NCBI GenBank assembly: GCA_019704295.1
Contig: AP024596.1
Location: 1,888,001 to 1,952,000, forward strand
Reading direction: 5' to 3'
DNA length: 64,000 nt
Origin: Sulfolobales archaeon HS-7
Lineage (GTDB): Archaea; Thermoproteota; Thermoprotei_A; Sulfolobales; Sulfolobaceae
A program made the translations under genes and the position numbers. The stretch's first letter is position 1, and each line of letters opens with the position of its first letter. Below the pieces are notes generated by a model. The model was not told where the DNA came from and did no database searches. It was given only the letters and a program-made list of their open reading frames with translations. Shown here piece after piece: positions 21,187 through 31,623 of the stretch.

Positions 21187-21923
21187 TTTAAAGCCTCCTC
21201 TTCTATAGAAGACAGTTTTGAAGGAAAAATAACTATATGTGGTCCACCTGTCTTATATTTATATACGACCTGATTAATATCCATATACTTTACCGTCTCG
21301 TTATCACAGCCTAGCTGCGAACCGACGATCACCTTTGTATCGGGATATACTATATGTCCTCCTTCGCTTTTCTCAAATTCTAATAGTAGTTCCATCGCTC
21401 TTCCTGCCGTCATATAATAGTCTTCCTTTAGATCCATGTAAAGGATTGTATGTAAACCACGCTCGTGGTTTTCCTTAATAACCCTATACGGTGTAGGATC
21501 TTTTCCCTCAACTATAGTAACCGATTTTCCAAATTTATATGATGATAACATTGATTTCGAAATTATATAACAGTGGACCGATACGCCAGGCACAATTGAA
21601 AAGTTAATTCCTTCTTCTCTCGCTGAAATTGGAATTATACTGTGAGTGGTAGATATTAATGGGTCACCGACTACAGCTATTGCTATCGATTTCTCTTTGG
21701 CAATGGCTAGGATTTTTTTAATTCCCCTTCCCTCTAAATCGCTTCTGTAGATCTTAGTCACTGGTTTACCGACCATCGAGTAGATAAGGGCCTCATTCCA
21801 ACCGCAAGAAGTCGATGTATATCCATCTAAGAATATAATATCACTATTCCTCATAACGCTTAATCCAGCTTCTGTGAGGAATTTAGGCGAAAGTCCAAGC
21901 CCTACTAAAGATACTCCTGTCAT
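21177..21923 (-). CDS. dph5: Diphthine synthase
   Basis: [28 protein letters not shown] and GLHTILYMD. Confidence 0.93.
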   Translation of the reverse strand: MTGVSLVGLGLSPKFLTEAGLSVMRNSDIIFLDGYTSTSCGWNEALIYSMVGKPVTKIYRSDLEGRGIKKILAIAKEKSIAIAVVGDPLISTTHSIIPISAREEGINFSIVPGVSVHCYIISKSMLSSYKFGKSVTIVEGKDPTPYRVIKENHERGLHTILYMDLKEDYYMTAGRAMELLLEFEKSEGGHIVYPDTKVIVGSQLGCDNETVKYMDINQVVYKYKTGGPHIVIFPSKLSSIEEEALKCL

Positions 21924-21958
21924 AAAGTATTAAAATCGCCTAGGTATTACATAAAATT

Positions 21959-22705
21959 ATGCTAACGCTTGCGGAAGAACTTTACATAGCGGATGATTTA
22001 CCGATATTGTTTGATAAAGCCTTAAATTCAATAGTTTTATCTGACGTCCATATAGGATATGAAGAAGAATTAGCTAAAAAGGGAGTATTTCTTCCCCACG
22101 TGCAGAAGAAAAGATTCTTAGATTTATATAAGAGAGCCGTTAATATCTTTTCGACAAAAAATATCATTATAAATGGCGATATGAAACACATTTTTGAGAA
22201 GCTAGGGAGAACGGAGAGAGAAGAGCTTACCGAAATATTCAAGTTTTTAAAGGAAGACGGAGCTAATGTTATGTTAGTATTGGGAAACCATGATAACTAT
22301 ATCACAATTGTTACTGATAAATATGATAATATTCAAGTTACGGATGAACTTAGAACCGCTAATAGACTCTACATGCATGGACATAAGGAAGTCAGTTCCC
22401 TAGAGAAATATGTAATAATAGGACATGAACACCCTAGGCTTAGTATGAGGGATCGAATAGGTTATGCTAGAAAAATGCCGTGCTTCTTAAAAGTTCCCCG
22501 AAGGGATGGTGGTTATATTATAGTTTTACCGTCATTAGGACTTTACCAATCTGGAAACGATATAACTCTCTCCCACAGTTCCTTCCTTTCTCCAATTATG
22601 AGGAAAGAAGCGATGCTAGTTCGTGCTAAACCCTTTGTAATAATAGAGTCGCAAGGAATTATGGAGTTCCCAGAATTAGGTGTGATAGCTGATCTCATTT
22701 CCTGA
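21959..22705 (+). CDS. ICC-like metallophosphoesterase
   Basis: SDVHIGYE, NGDMKH, GNHD, HGH and GHEHP. Confidence 0.9.
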   Translation: MLTLAEELYIADDLPILFDKALNSIVLSDVHIGYEEELAKKGVFLPHVQKKRFLDLYKRAVNIFSTKNIIINGDMKHIFEKLGRTEREELTEIFKFLKEDGANVMLVLGNHDNYITIVTDKYDNIQVTDELRTANRLYMHGHKEVSSLEKYVIIGHEHPRLSMRDRIGYARKMPCFLKVPRRDGGYIIVLPSLGLYQSGNDITLSHSSFLSPIMRKEAMLVRAKPFVIIESQGIMEFPELGVIADLIS

Positions 22706-22790
22706 ATTATTACGCACTCACGGACGGAGCTTCCTACTTCTCCGCTAGTAGTAGACGACTCTACAGCACTGATGGTCGTTATGACCCCCA
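22702..22790 (-). mobile_element. IS200/IS605 right-end (tnpB 3' / omega-RNA) remnant, copy E
   Basis: The minus strand reads ctgtagag...gaagtaggaagctccgtccgtgagtgcgtaataattcag. This resembles the KQEAPSVRA..ttcac terminus of Sulfolobales tnpB elements. It overlaps the phosphoesterase stop codon. Confidence 0.6.
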
Positions 22791-23084
22791 TTGAAATCGA
22801 TACTCATCATGCCCGACATGATACAGTGTCAAATATGTAATAAATATAATTTACTTTATTAACTAAATTTTTATGAGAAAAACAATTACCAAGAACCCAA
22901 CTAACAGAATAATGCTTAAGGGGGTTACGCCTAGGTTATACCATGGTCATTGTAATCTACCAAAACGCAATTCCTAAGAGTACTTAGGGTGGAAAAGTAG
23001 ATATCTTTTGCAAGGAAATGCTTAAGGAGTTGGAGGATATATTTGACAGGGAGTTCAAGGGCCTTATGTTCTCCAAGCACAAAC

Positions 23085-23450
23085 CCTTCCACGGGGAAAA
23101 CATGTAACACTAGGGATGAGGACAGCGATATTCCTACAAGGGTTTAGTCTTAAGAGGTACAAGTTGTCCAAGTGTAAGAACGTTAAGGAACATAACGTTA
23201 ACGTATAGTTCTGGACTCACTGTTCATACAGCTGTGTTAGAGGCAAAGTATGTAGCTCCTCTACGGGTGTCTTGATCCTTTTGCCCTCCTTGAACAAAAC
23301 TGGTAGTTTCACGCCGACGTAGAACGGTTCATAGATCTTTCTCCTACCATTCACCAAGTTCACGAAGCCCTTGAGAAAGCGGAAACTAGAGTACCCTTTC
23401 CTTTTAGCCTCCTTTTCCTACTTTGGGACCAATTCCTCCTCAAGGGCATT
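23085..23450 (-). pseudogene. Decayed transposase-like fragment
   Basis: 23085-23266 is homologous to 57926-58110 (ccttccac.gggaaa, caagggtttagtc, gttctggactcactgttc, gctgtgttagag). The minus strand gives broken coding-like frames. Confidence 0.65.
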
Positions 23451-23679
23451 CCTCCTTCCTCGACTAATTTGTTTAATAATGTCCGCTGCGAAAGCAGTTG
23501 TTAGATGAGCAGGAACGTAATACCGTATTCTGTAAGGGCTGTTACTTCAACTTGTTCCACGATATTATCTCTACTCGTCCACTATTCCGTATTATCAAGT
23601 TCACAATGAATTTATTGATTCCAGACTAATAAAATAAAGTGAATTCACAATGAACGCGTAAGCGACCCTATACCTAACT

Positions 23680-24120
23680 TTACGCCCAAACGTACCAATA
23701 GCTTGTAATAAATCGTATTATAAATCCTGCAACAATAGAAATGAAATTTATCTCTAAGATAGAGAACGACGAGCCAGAAATCTCCTTAAGTAAATATATT
23801 AATAGTAATTTGAGTTCTGCTATATGGAAGAATATTGCTATTAAGAGTACAAAGACAATTAGTTGTACAGCAATGCCTGAAGCCGATGAACCGTGAAACT
23901 TGATAACTCTACTTACAATCGAACCAACCTTCTTATCATTAAATGTCCATATATCATTTAGGAAGAAGTTAAAAATTACCGATGCCTCAATAGCAACTAC
24001 AACCGCAATTATTAGAGGAGACACCTTAAGCAGAAAATACAAAATACCTTCATTTACAACTGTGCCGAGGGCTCCTACCACTCCGAATTTAATTAGCCTA
24101 AGTAATAGCTGATATTTCAT
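23680..24120 (-). CDS. GtrA family membrane protein
   Basis: LIKFGVVGALGTVVN, NFFLNDIWTF and RFITSYWYVW. Confidence 0.9.
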   Translation of the reverse strand: MKYQLLLRLIKFGVVGALGTVVNEGILYFLLKVSPLIIAVVVAIEASVIFNFFLNDIWTFNDKKVGSIVSRVIKFHGSSASGIAVQLIVFVLLIAIFFHIAELKLLLIYLLKEISGSSFSILEINFISIVAGFIIRFITSYWYVWA

Positions 24121-24637
24121 CTAATTGAAACTCCGATTTCTATATTATATCTTTGTTCCATCCTATCCGCACAACTAGTAGTAAAGTATTTAGTAAAAAA
24201 GAATTATATCAGCATTCAGCCATCCAGGCCTCTGTTACAAATTATAATAATATACTTTAACTAATATAATATTTTAATTTAATTATCATGCTATCCTATA
24301 CTATCTACGAACTAGTTTAATTAGTTAATTGTATATTATTTAAATAAATTAGTTAATAAGGAAAACCTAGGAGTCCTCGTAGGCAGTCACACTAATGGTA
24401 GCTTACTAACGAAAGTTTTTTGGAGAACAACGCTGACTTATATTTACTCAGACCTCAAGGTCAAGGGAAAATCTCTCATTGGGCAGTGTATAACACACCT
24501 AACTCTGTAGAACACTAGAAATCATAGCTTCGGAAGATGTTATTGTATATGAGATAATCACTTGCTTCTTAAGGTCTGACCAAGTATAATATAAAATTTT
24601 AGTTATCTCGAGTTGGATAATTAAATACTGAGAAACT

Positions 24638-25198
24638 TTGATAGTGGTCGTGACTGGTACGCCCGGTACAGGAAAAACGACAATCGCTAAGCTGTTAGCT
24701 CAGAGCATTAATGGTATATATATATCTACTACTCAACTAGTTATTGAACGAAAGCTTTACATTGAATACGATAGTGATTCCGCTTCTTACATAGTAGATG
24801 AGAAGAGATTAGACAGTGAACTCAAGGCAGAACTTACTAGCGCTTTACTTATGTCGAGCAATGTAGTAGTTGATACTCTTTTCCCCTCTATAGTGAAAAA
24901 TCCTGATTTAACCGTAGTATTAAGGAAGGACCCTTGTTCTCTTTACGAAGAACTTCTTTCCAGACAATGGCCAGAAGGAAAGGTTATAGAAAATGTCGAA
25001 GCAGAGATTATAGGCACAATAGAATATGAAGCTAGAGCGAATAATTCTGAAGTATGTTCCATAAACGTCACAAATAAAAAACCCTCAGAAGTTATCGAAG
25101 CAATTGAAAAGAGGATATGTGAAAACATAGATTGGCTCCTTTCGGAATCCACAGAAAAACTTATCGAATTGTTTTCAAGAAAATATAACGAAAAGTAA
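24638..25198 (+). CDS. AK6/Fap7-type adenylate kinase
   Basis: VTGTPGTGKTT, VVLR.DP..L.EEL..R.W...KVIENVEAEI. Confidence 0.9.
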   Translation: MIVVVTGTPGTGKTTIAKLLAQSINGIYISTTQLVIERKLYIEYDSDSASYIVDEKRLDSELKAELTSALLMSSNVVVDTLFPSIVKNPDLTVVLRKDPCSLYEELLSRQWPEGKVIENVEAEIIGTIEYEARANNSEVCSINVTNKKPSEVIEAIEKRICENIDWLLSESTEKLIELFSRKYNEK

Positions 25199-25360
25199 CT
25201 CAATAGCTAGTAACGATAATGAAATCAGTATGAGCAAAAATTTAACAGTTATGTCAATTTTTTTTGTAATAATATCATATAATCCATATGGTAATAAAAG
25301 TATTCCAACAATTAATACGAATATCTCGATTTCGTCCATGACTATTAAATTTTCACGCAA
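25175..25360 (-). CDS. Small two-TM hypothetical protein
   Basis: Two hydrophobic segments; directly downstream of sul7d. Start may be the MDEIE ATG. Confidence 0.55.
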   Translation of the reverse strand: MRENLIVMDEIEIFVLIVGILLLPYGLYDIITKKIDITVKFLLILISLSLLAIELLFVIFS

Positions 25361-25404
25361 AAAAGAAGTGATAAAAAACTCAATAATACTTTGACTTTAG
25401 AGGA

Positions 25405-25599
25405 TCATTTCTTACCTTTCTCTAACATATCAAGGAGTTCTTTCGGGGCATCCTTCTCAGAAACAGCTCCTCTCCCAGTTTTTCCTTGATCGTCGTAAGT
25501 AAAGGACACCATTTTTCCTACTTTCCATACCTTCTTTACCTTATCGATTGTTACTTCCTTATCTTCTCCCTTAAACTTAAACTTTACCTTAGTTGGCAT
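25405..25599 (-). CDS. sul7d: Chromatin protein Sul7d (Sac7d/Sso7d family)
   Basis: [49 protein letters not shown]. Confidence 0.97.
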   Translation of the reverse strand: MPTKVKFKFKGEDKEVTIDKVKKVWKVGKMVSFTYDDQGKTGRGAVSEKDAPKELLDMLEKGKK

Positions 25600-25643
25600 A
25601 ATTTATGATAAACAGGGTAGCTTATTAACTTTACGGTGATAAA

Positions 25644-25694
25644 AGGGGTATTACATAAGTTAACACATATTATCATTAATAAGGTAATACCCCT
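25644..25694. promoter_or_regulatory. Perfect 11-bp inverted repeat just upstream of the sul7d BRE/TATA (candidate operator)
   Basis: AGGGGTATTAC (25644-25654), 29-nt spacer, GTAATACCCCT (25684-25694). The sul7d TATA TTAATAAG is at 25628-25621 on the minus strand. Confidence 0.5.
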
Positions 25695-26575
25695 GAATAT
25701 AACAACTGCATATTGTTTAGCGAAGAAACTACTATTTAACTATATATGTATTTACTAGACATGGTTGACACAATGAATCATTTTGTCAAGAATTAACTTA
25801 GTCGGACACAAAATGTCTAATAAATGTTCAATACGCAATAGTGTCCTATATTGGATAAATGTGCGTTTAAAAACTAAATTTTGGATAGGAATAACTTGCC
25901 CTACAGTGTTCAATTAAAAAGATAATTCAGGGGGATTACCGAACATTGAACACCCTCTCCAACCTCATAGCCTACAATATCCGGCGATTCAGGACACTTA
26001 ATAACGCAAAATCATGCTAGAAAAGCCCGTTCTCTAACCAAGATTCTCGTAAATTACATGATTATTGCTGTAAAACCTAATAAACTGATTTTATATTATC
26101 ATTTATCTAGTAATTAAATGAGTTTAATTCTAAATAAACGCATTTTATAACTTTTTAATTTATATAGTTATTCTATTAATTGCAGATTGGACGCTACCAT
26201 TGTATAAGATAATCAAAGATTCCATCAGACTAAAGGTGTCTATACGTTTGCAATAATACAGAATTTCAAAATGGATGTTAAATAACCTTAGAACAATACT
26301 TCCCTGAATTTTGGTTATTGACCCTGTATCCTACACAAAACGTTTTAAGCCCCCCATTATTTATTATGGCTATCTTAAAACTCCTTAACCCATTTGAGGT
26401 AACGTTTAAGAAAGCTCTACTAAGAATATGCTTTCCTTTTCAGATAAATATCCTCTTGTTAATTGCACTATAATAATACTTAAAGTTAGTGCGAAAGTTT
26501 TTAATTAATCGTTTTAATATTCTTCAAGTTTAATATAAAGATTGTGAACTCGAATAAAATATAATTTACTACTTC

Positions 26576-27124
26576 TTATATAGCTTCGTTAGTAACTGGA
26601 AATGCGTAATTCATCAAGATACCACATACAACTCCTCCTGTATGTGCTAATATATCCACTTTAGGTAAAATATTAGATATTATAAAAACAAGAATTAGTA
26701 AAAAAATGTAGTTTTTTGCGACACTTCTATAAGTATCCCAATTCTTTCGCGCTTGATCTGTAACATAATATGCTAGTATACCAAAAATCCCTCCTGAAGC
26801 TCCAGCACTGGCGGATAACGGACCGTAGAGTAGGCTTACAATATTTCCCATAATTCCCGATAAAAGGAATACAAAGTATTCTAATCTATTTGCATATGAC
26901 TTAAATATCTGATAAATAACTAGCATAGAGATAAAATTAAATACGGCATCAGATATACTGGAAGTAACGAATATTGACGTAAATAGTTGGTAAACGTAAC
27001 CTCTCTCGACTAAACAGTTAATTTGAATAAGATAAAGATACAATGGGAGGTCTAAAAAGTATAGCGTTCTGCCTATAATGAAACCAAGTAGAATAAGGAA
27101 AGCTAAAACTAGAGTAGATTTCAT
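26576..27124 (-). CDS. Rhomboid intramembrane serine protease
   Basis: YQLFTSIF, SAGASGGIFG (catalytic Ser) and AHTGG (catalytic His). Confidence 0.9.
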   Translation of the reverse strand: MKSTLVLAFLILLGFIIGRTLYFLDLPLYLYLIQINCLVERGYVYQLFTSIFVTSSISDAVFNFISMLVIYQIFKSYANRLEYFVFLLSGIMGNIVSLLYGPLSASAGASGGIFGILAYYVTDQARKNWDTYRSVAKNYIFLLILVFIISNILPKVDILAHTGGVVCGILMNYAFPVTNEAI

Positions 27125-27127
27125 GAA

Positions 27128-27763
27128 CTATAGTACACCTGTGATATAAGACAATCCAAAACTGATTAAGATGAGTACTCCCCATATCCATACCCTCCAT
27201 TTTATTACCTTTGCACCGTCCAGAGGACCAAGAGGCAGTAAATTGAAAAATGCTACGTAAGAGTTAAATGCCGAATATTCTGCAAATATTGTCTTTAATC
27301 CGCCAGTTCCTATAGCTGCTAGCACACTAAAAATAATCGATAAAATAATGTTTGTCGTGGGTCCTGCAGCTGCAGTTATCCCATTTACGTCGTCCTTATC
27401 CGTGAGCGAATAAAAAGCCCTGCACGATATTCCAGTATATCCTGCTGCAAAAACGAAAAATGGAGTGAATAAGTTAAAAATAATCGTGAGAAATAGACCT
27501 AAGGGATAGAGATAAAATCTAGAAAGGCATCCGTATCGTCGAGCTACCTGTCTATGGGCTATTTCATGAGGAATAATTGCTAGAATTGCCCCAACTAAAG
27601 GTATTAAGAAGCTTAATAGTGTAAATTGTACATGTCTTATTAAATTAAAAACGTTTAGAGGTGTAAAGTAAACTGCAGTAGATAATATTGCTATAATGAA
27701 GGACTGCCATTCGCCTATATTTCCAAACTCGAGTTCAAGTTTCCTTAAAAACCAGCGATCCAT
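27128..27763 (-). CDS. Site-2 (M50) membrane metalloprotease
   Basis: HEIAH, AAAGPTTN and FNLLPLGPLDG. Confidence 0.93.
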   Translation of the reverse strand: MDRWFLRKLELEFGNIGEWQSFIIAILSTAVYFTPLNVFNLIRHVQFTLLSFLIPLVGAILAIIPHEIAHRQVARRYGCLSRFYLYPLGLFLTIIFNLFTPFFVFAAGYTGISCRAFYSLTDKDDVNGITAAAGPTTNIILSIIFSVLAAIGTGGLKTIFAEYSAFNSYVAFFNLLPLGPLDGAKVIKWRVWIWGVLILISFGLSYITGVL

Positions 27764-27888
27764 ATACAGCTCACATAGTTGCTTATTTTTATTCCTTTTG
27801 CTTCAACTTTCTATATCTGATATTATGTTTCTGGAGAGACATATTGGTATAATGCTTATTTACCATTCCGAAATATTATATACGTAAT

Positions 27889-28500
27889 ATGTATAGTATA
27901 TATGTAAATACCCCACTCTTTACCCCTACTAAGTACTTGACGGAGGAGGGGGATGTAATTGGCTTTGAACCAACTCTGGAGAGGGAACTATCTCAGCTAG
28001 GCATCTCATTAAAAAATGTAGCTGAGGCAGTATCTCTATATATAAGGGGGGATGAGGAAACATTTAATATTTACATAAGCACTGATTCGCAGTTAAGGAC
28101 AATAAAAATTTATGAGGTTACATTCGTTCAATATTCAAAAAATATTACGTCTTACTTGATGATATCGAATTTCCCAAAGATCTCAGAAATACTTATTACA
28201 CGTCTTTTTACAGAAGTGGCAAATAGATTGGTAAACGAGATGAGAAACGCTAATAAGTTAATAGTCGAAATGGGATTTCCATATAAAATAATAGTCTTTG
28301 AAACATTTAATAAATTTAATAAAGAATTTAATGCGATAAGAACAGGATTTGCCAAAACATTTGGCGAAGACGTAATAGTGTCTATCTCTAACACCTTGCA
28401 AGGACTTATATGGCCTATCGATAGAAAAATTATGCAATTCTCAGAATATGATGAAATGGATGTTGAAATTAAAAAAATAGTAAAGAGAATGGTTGAGTAA
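27889..28500 (+). CDS. Hypothetical protein
   Basis: 203-aa ORF with normal composition; no family recognised. Confidence 0.65.
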   Translation: MYSIYVNTPLFTPTKYLTEEGDVIGFEPTLERELSQLGISLKNVAEAVSLYIRGDEETFNIYISTDSQLRTIKIYEVTFVQYSKNITSYLMISNFPKISEILITRLFTEVANRLVNEMRNANKLIVEMGFPYKIIVFETFNKFNKEFNAIRTGFAKTFGEDVIVSISNTLQGLIWPIDRKIMQFSEYDEMDVEIKKIVKRMVE

Positions 28501-28959
28501 ATTTTCTAGAAATGAATAATTTACTTTATAAATATTAAACGATGATGTATATAACTATAACTCTATAGCAAAAAGGAGTACATTTTACCTAATACATTTA
28601 CCGTTTCAATTAGAACTGCACTTTAGTAAGTTTTGCGTAAATTAGTCGCACACTATACTTTTCACACTTTAAACAGTTAATCTATATACATCATAGTGTC
28701 AAATGCGTAATTAACATGATTAACTATATAAAGTAAAAAGTTATAGAACACGTGAGTGAGGATTAAATTCAATTAATTATATGGCTAGATAATAATATAA
28801 GATTAGTTTATTAAGTGCAGTAATAGGCAATAAAATTTTCAAAGATTAATTTTTCGAAAATCGAGCACGGAAAACAAACTTTTCCAGCGTAATAAGCTTA
28901 ACGTTTACTAATGTTCCTGCAACGCTGAATATTGTAAGCCTAGAAGTCCGATAAAGGTG

Positions 28960-29085
28960 TTTAATCCCTTTAGGCTTCTGCGTAATATCTCATGTCCCAT
29001 TTACATGTCACTCCTTAAGCTCTTTAAGTAGTCGTATATCTAAGCTAACTTCATTTTTACCTTAAACCAGTTCCTGGAGAAACCT
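28960..29085 (-). pseudogene. Internally deleted tnpB fragment
   Basis: The minus strand translates to FSRNWFKVKMKLA*IYDYLKSLRSDM*M..EILRRS. This aligns with [28 protein letters not shown] and NILRRS of the TnpB at 51711-52940. Confidence 0.65.
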
Positions 29086-29143
29086 AATCTTAACTTTAAG
29101 ATAAATCTCATATAGCTGAATAACGTACTAATTTATTAAAGAA

Positions 29144-29223
<80 letters not shown>

Positions 29224-29578
29224 ATTAACACATAAAATACGTTATAATAGAACTTAGTGAATAAGACAACATTGGTAGATACTATTAATTCGGATGATAC
29301 TCTTCTTTTCGCTTCTAGCAGACTACGTTACATGGTAAAAGCAAAATTTCCTAATCTGTCTGAACAAAAATTGTTCTGAATTCTTCCAAAAAATTTCAGT
29401 TTTTATAAATGCCCTAAATCTTCTATCCTTATGGTAAACTAACGAAATAATAAAGACATGGTAATAAAGTTGATTTGCCAACTATTACTCTTCGTATAAT
29501 ACCTTAACGTATAATTAAAAAATTTTAAATATAAGAAGTAAAGCGAATTAGTAGGGGTGATAAATATTTGTATTAAAC

Positions 29579-30463
29579 GTGTTTTCCAATACAATAGAAC
29601 TGCTACAAGGAATGTGGCCAACACCTTTGTTAAAATTAGACATAGGACCTAATGTTTGGGCAAAATTAGAATTCTTTAACCCGTTTAGCAGAAGTATAAA
29701 GGATAGGACAGCCTATTTCCTTATTAAGAATGAGATAGAAAAGGGGAGAAACCGATTTATTGAAGCTTCGTCAGGAAATTTAGCACTTGCACTGGCTTCC
29801 CTAGCTTCTATCTATAAATTTGAGTTTACTCCATTCATACCCAGTACTTCCTCTAGATTCTTTAAGGTAGCTCTAAAGATTTTAGGTATAAGATACGTGG
29901 AATATGGTAATAAAACTACAGAAATAGTTCCATTAGCGAAAAAATATGCGGAGTTGACAGAAGCTGCCAACCTGGATCAATTTACAAATGAAAGAAATCC
30001 CAATGCTCATTTTACAACAAGTGCTAGAGAAATACTCGAGCAGTTAGGTTCAGTGGGCAAGTTCCCGGAAAGGATCTTCGCTAGTGTAGGTACAGGAGGG
30101 CATATTACAGGACTATACAGATTTTTCAAACAATTTGATAAGAAGGTAGAAGTCGTCGCAGTTCAACCTAAAGAAGGAAGTAAAATTCCAGGAATGAAGC
30201 GAATAGATGAGTCTGGCTTTGCAGAGGTCAAATCGATTCAAAAAGTAATAGATGTCTCTGAAGGTGAAGCTCTTGCTGGAGTTCAACTAATTGCAAGACG
30301 AAATGGAATTTTAGTGGGATTAAGCGCAGGCGCTACTGTTAGCGCTTTCTTGAAAATAATGGATGAAAGAACAACTGTTCTTATTTTCCCCGATGATTTA
30401 TTTAAATATATAGATGAAGTGGAAAAATTGTTAGAAAATGAAGCCACATCGAACTCTAAGTGA
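29579..30463 (+). CDS. Cysteine synthase family PLP enzyme
   Basis: PTPL, KLEFFNPFSRSIKDR (PLP lysine), EASSGN, GTGGH and GLSAGA. Confidence 0.9.
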   Translation: MFSNTIELLQGMWPTPLLKLDIGPNVWAKLEFFNPFSRSIKDRTAYFLIKNEIEKGRNRFIEASSGNLALALASLASIYKFEFTPFIPSTSSRFFKVALKILGIRYVEYGNKTTEIVPLAKKYAELTEAANLDQFTNERNPNAHFTTSAREILEQLGSVGKFPERIFASVGTGGHITGLYRFFKQFDKKVEVVAVQPKEGSKIPGMKRIDESGFAEVKSIQKVIDVSEGEALAGVQLIARRNGILVGLSAGATVSAFLKIMDERTTVLIFPDDLFKYIDEVEKLLENEATSNSK

Positions 30464-30470
30464 TCTTAGC

Positions 30471-30630
30471 GGGTGATTCAGGTTTCCATTGCGAATTGTA
30501 ATTATGGTAAATGGGGCCAAACAAAGGGAATTGTTAAGCGCGAACCCCCTCAGTCCATACGATAGTATTCAATTGAATTCATTCTATTTTTCTAAATAAA
30601 CCGAATTCGCAATGAACACGTGAACGGCCC
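30471..30630. mobile_element. 160-bp MITE, copy 2
   Basis: TIRs GGGTGATTCAGGTTTCCATTGCGAATT and AATTCGCAATGAACACGTGAACGGCCC. Near-TSD TCTTAG/TCTTAA lies one base outside each end. Homologous to 17574-17733. Confidence 0.85.
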
Positions 30631-30762
30631 GTCTTAATGTTCTTTCTGTATAATTATATTGAACTGTATATTATTAGTAAGTTTCTAACAGAATTAAAAA
30701 CACAGTTATTGGCAAGTTGTTACTATATAAACCTAAGTGCACTCTATTATAATGAAGTAATT

Positions 30763-31422
30763 GTGCTCCCTATAAATAAGATTATGAACTCTATGGTAAG
30801 CCAAGTAAAGGTAGAGGAATTTCACGGAAAAAAGGTTGTTACAAAGAGGTACGACTCTGCTACCTCTGTGAAATGGTACTTCATTACTAATGCTTTCAGA
30901 GCTTATCCTTTCGTGGCTGAGGGTAAGGAGAGGATGAAGAGGGAAATGGACTTCCTCACATCCAGATTAAGCATAGCGAAACCCGTAGTTTACGATTTTG
31001 ACATGAAGAATTTGGTTCTTTATAGGGAATATATATATGGGGGACAAATAGAAAATTTTTACAAACTTGGGAAAACACTTAGTAAAGTTCATAATGACGG
31101 ATATGTCCTAGGTGATACGAAAATCAGCAATTTTCTAGAGAGCAAAGGCGAGGTTTACATTATCGACGCAGAACAAGCTATTCGTAACGAAAACGAGGGA
31201 TTTTTCGCATGGGATTTGCTTATTGCAATTTTGTTTATCTCATATAGGAATTTTTCTAACCTAAGGGCGTTCAGACTAGAACTTAGGGAATTCCTTGAGG
31301 GTTATGAACCTTCACCTAAGGTTTTACCGCTAATTTTCTCTGTTAAGAATCTAAATGTCCTTTCATTATTCCCCGTTTTTCATCTCTTAGAGTTGAGGAG
31401 ATTCATACAGACTTTTCAATAA
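30763..31422 (+). CDS. Atypical Ser/Thr protein kinase (Bud32/RIO/Kdo-like)
   Basis: VVTKRY, RMKRE, REYIYG, LGDTKISNF catalytic loop and IIDAEQ. The start is uncertain (GTG 30763 or ATG 30784); the ORF-track start at 30637 is unlikely. Confidence 0.8.
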   Translation: MLPINKIMNSMVSQVKVEEFHGKKVVTKRYDSATSVKWYFITNAFRAYPFVAEGKERMKREMDFLTSRLSIAKPVVYDFDMKNLVLYREYIYGGQIENFYKLGKTLSKVHNDGYVLGDTKISNFLESKGEVYIIDAEQAIRNENEGFFAWDLLIAILFISYRNFSNLRAFRLELREFLEGYEPSPKVLPLIFSVKNLNVLSLFPVFHLLELRRFIQTFQ

Positions 31423-31591
31423 CAATCGAGTCCTTATCATGTTTTAAGAGCAAATTAGATATGTTTATTCTAGTTCCGCACACAGGGCATTTATAAAAAT
31501 ACCTTACAACCTTTTCCCCACTGCTTAACGTTTCGCTCTCCTTTATGAGATCAGTTCTTATCTTACATCTAGGACATAGCGGCTCTTTCAT
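31403..31591 (-). CDS. Small zinc-ribbon protein
   Basis: CPRC...YKCPVCG. Confidence 0.75.
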   Translation of the reverse strand: MKEPLCPRCKIRTDLIKESETLSSGEKVVRYFYKCPVCGTRINISNLLLKHDKDSIVIEKSV

Positions 31592-31623
31592 AATCTCATT
31601 TTAAAATATTACTATGCCTAAAT

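Noticed and set aside
25631-25650. ORB-like AAAGGGGT G-string suggesting an origin near sul7d
   Set aside because: The TCCA..GAAA core is missing and no orc1/cdc6 gene is nearby.
27789-27842. 17-codon minus-strand ORF MSLQKHNIRYRKLKQKE upstream of the M50 protease
   Set aside because: No clear SD or distinctive composition; compatible with chance in AT-rich DNA.
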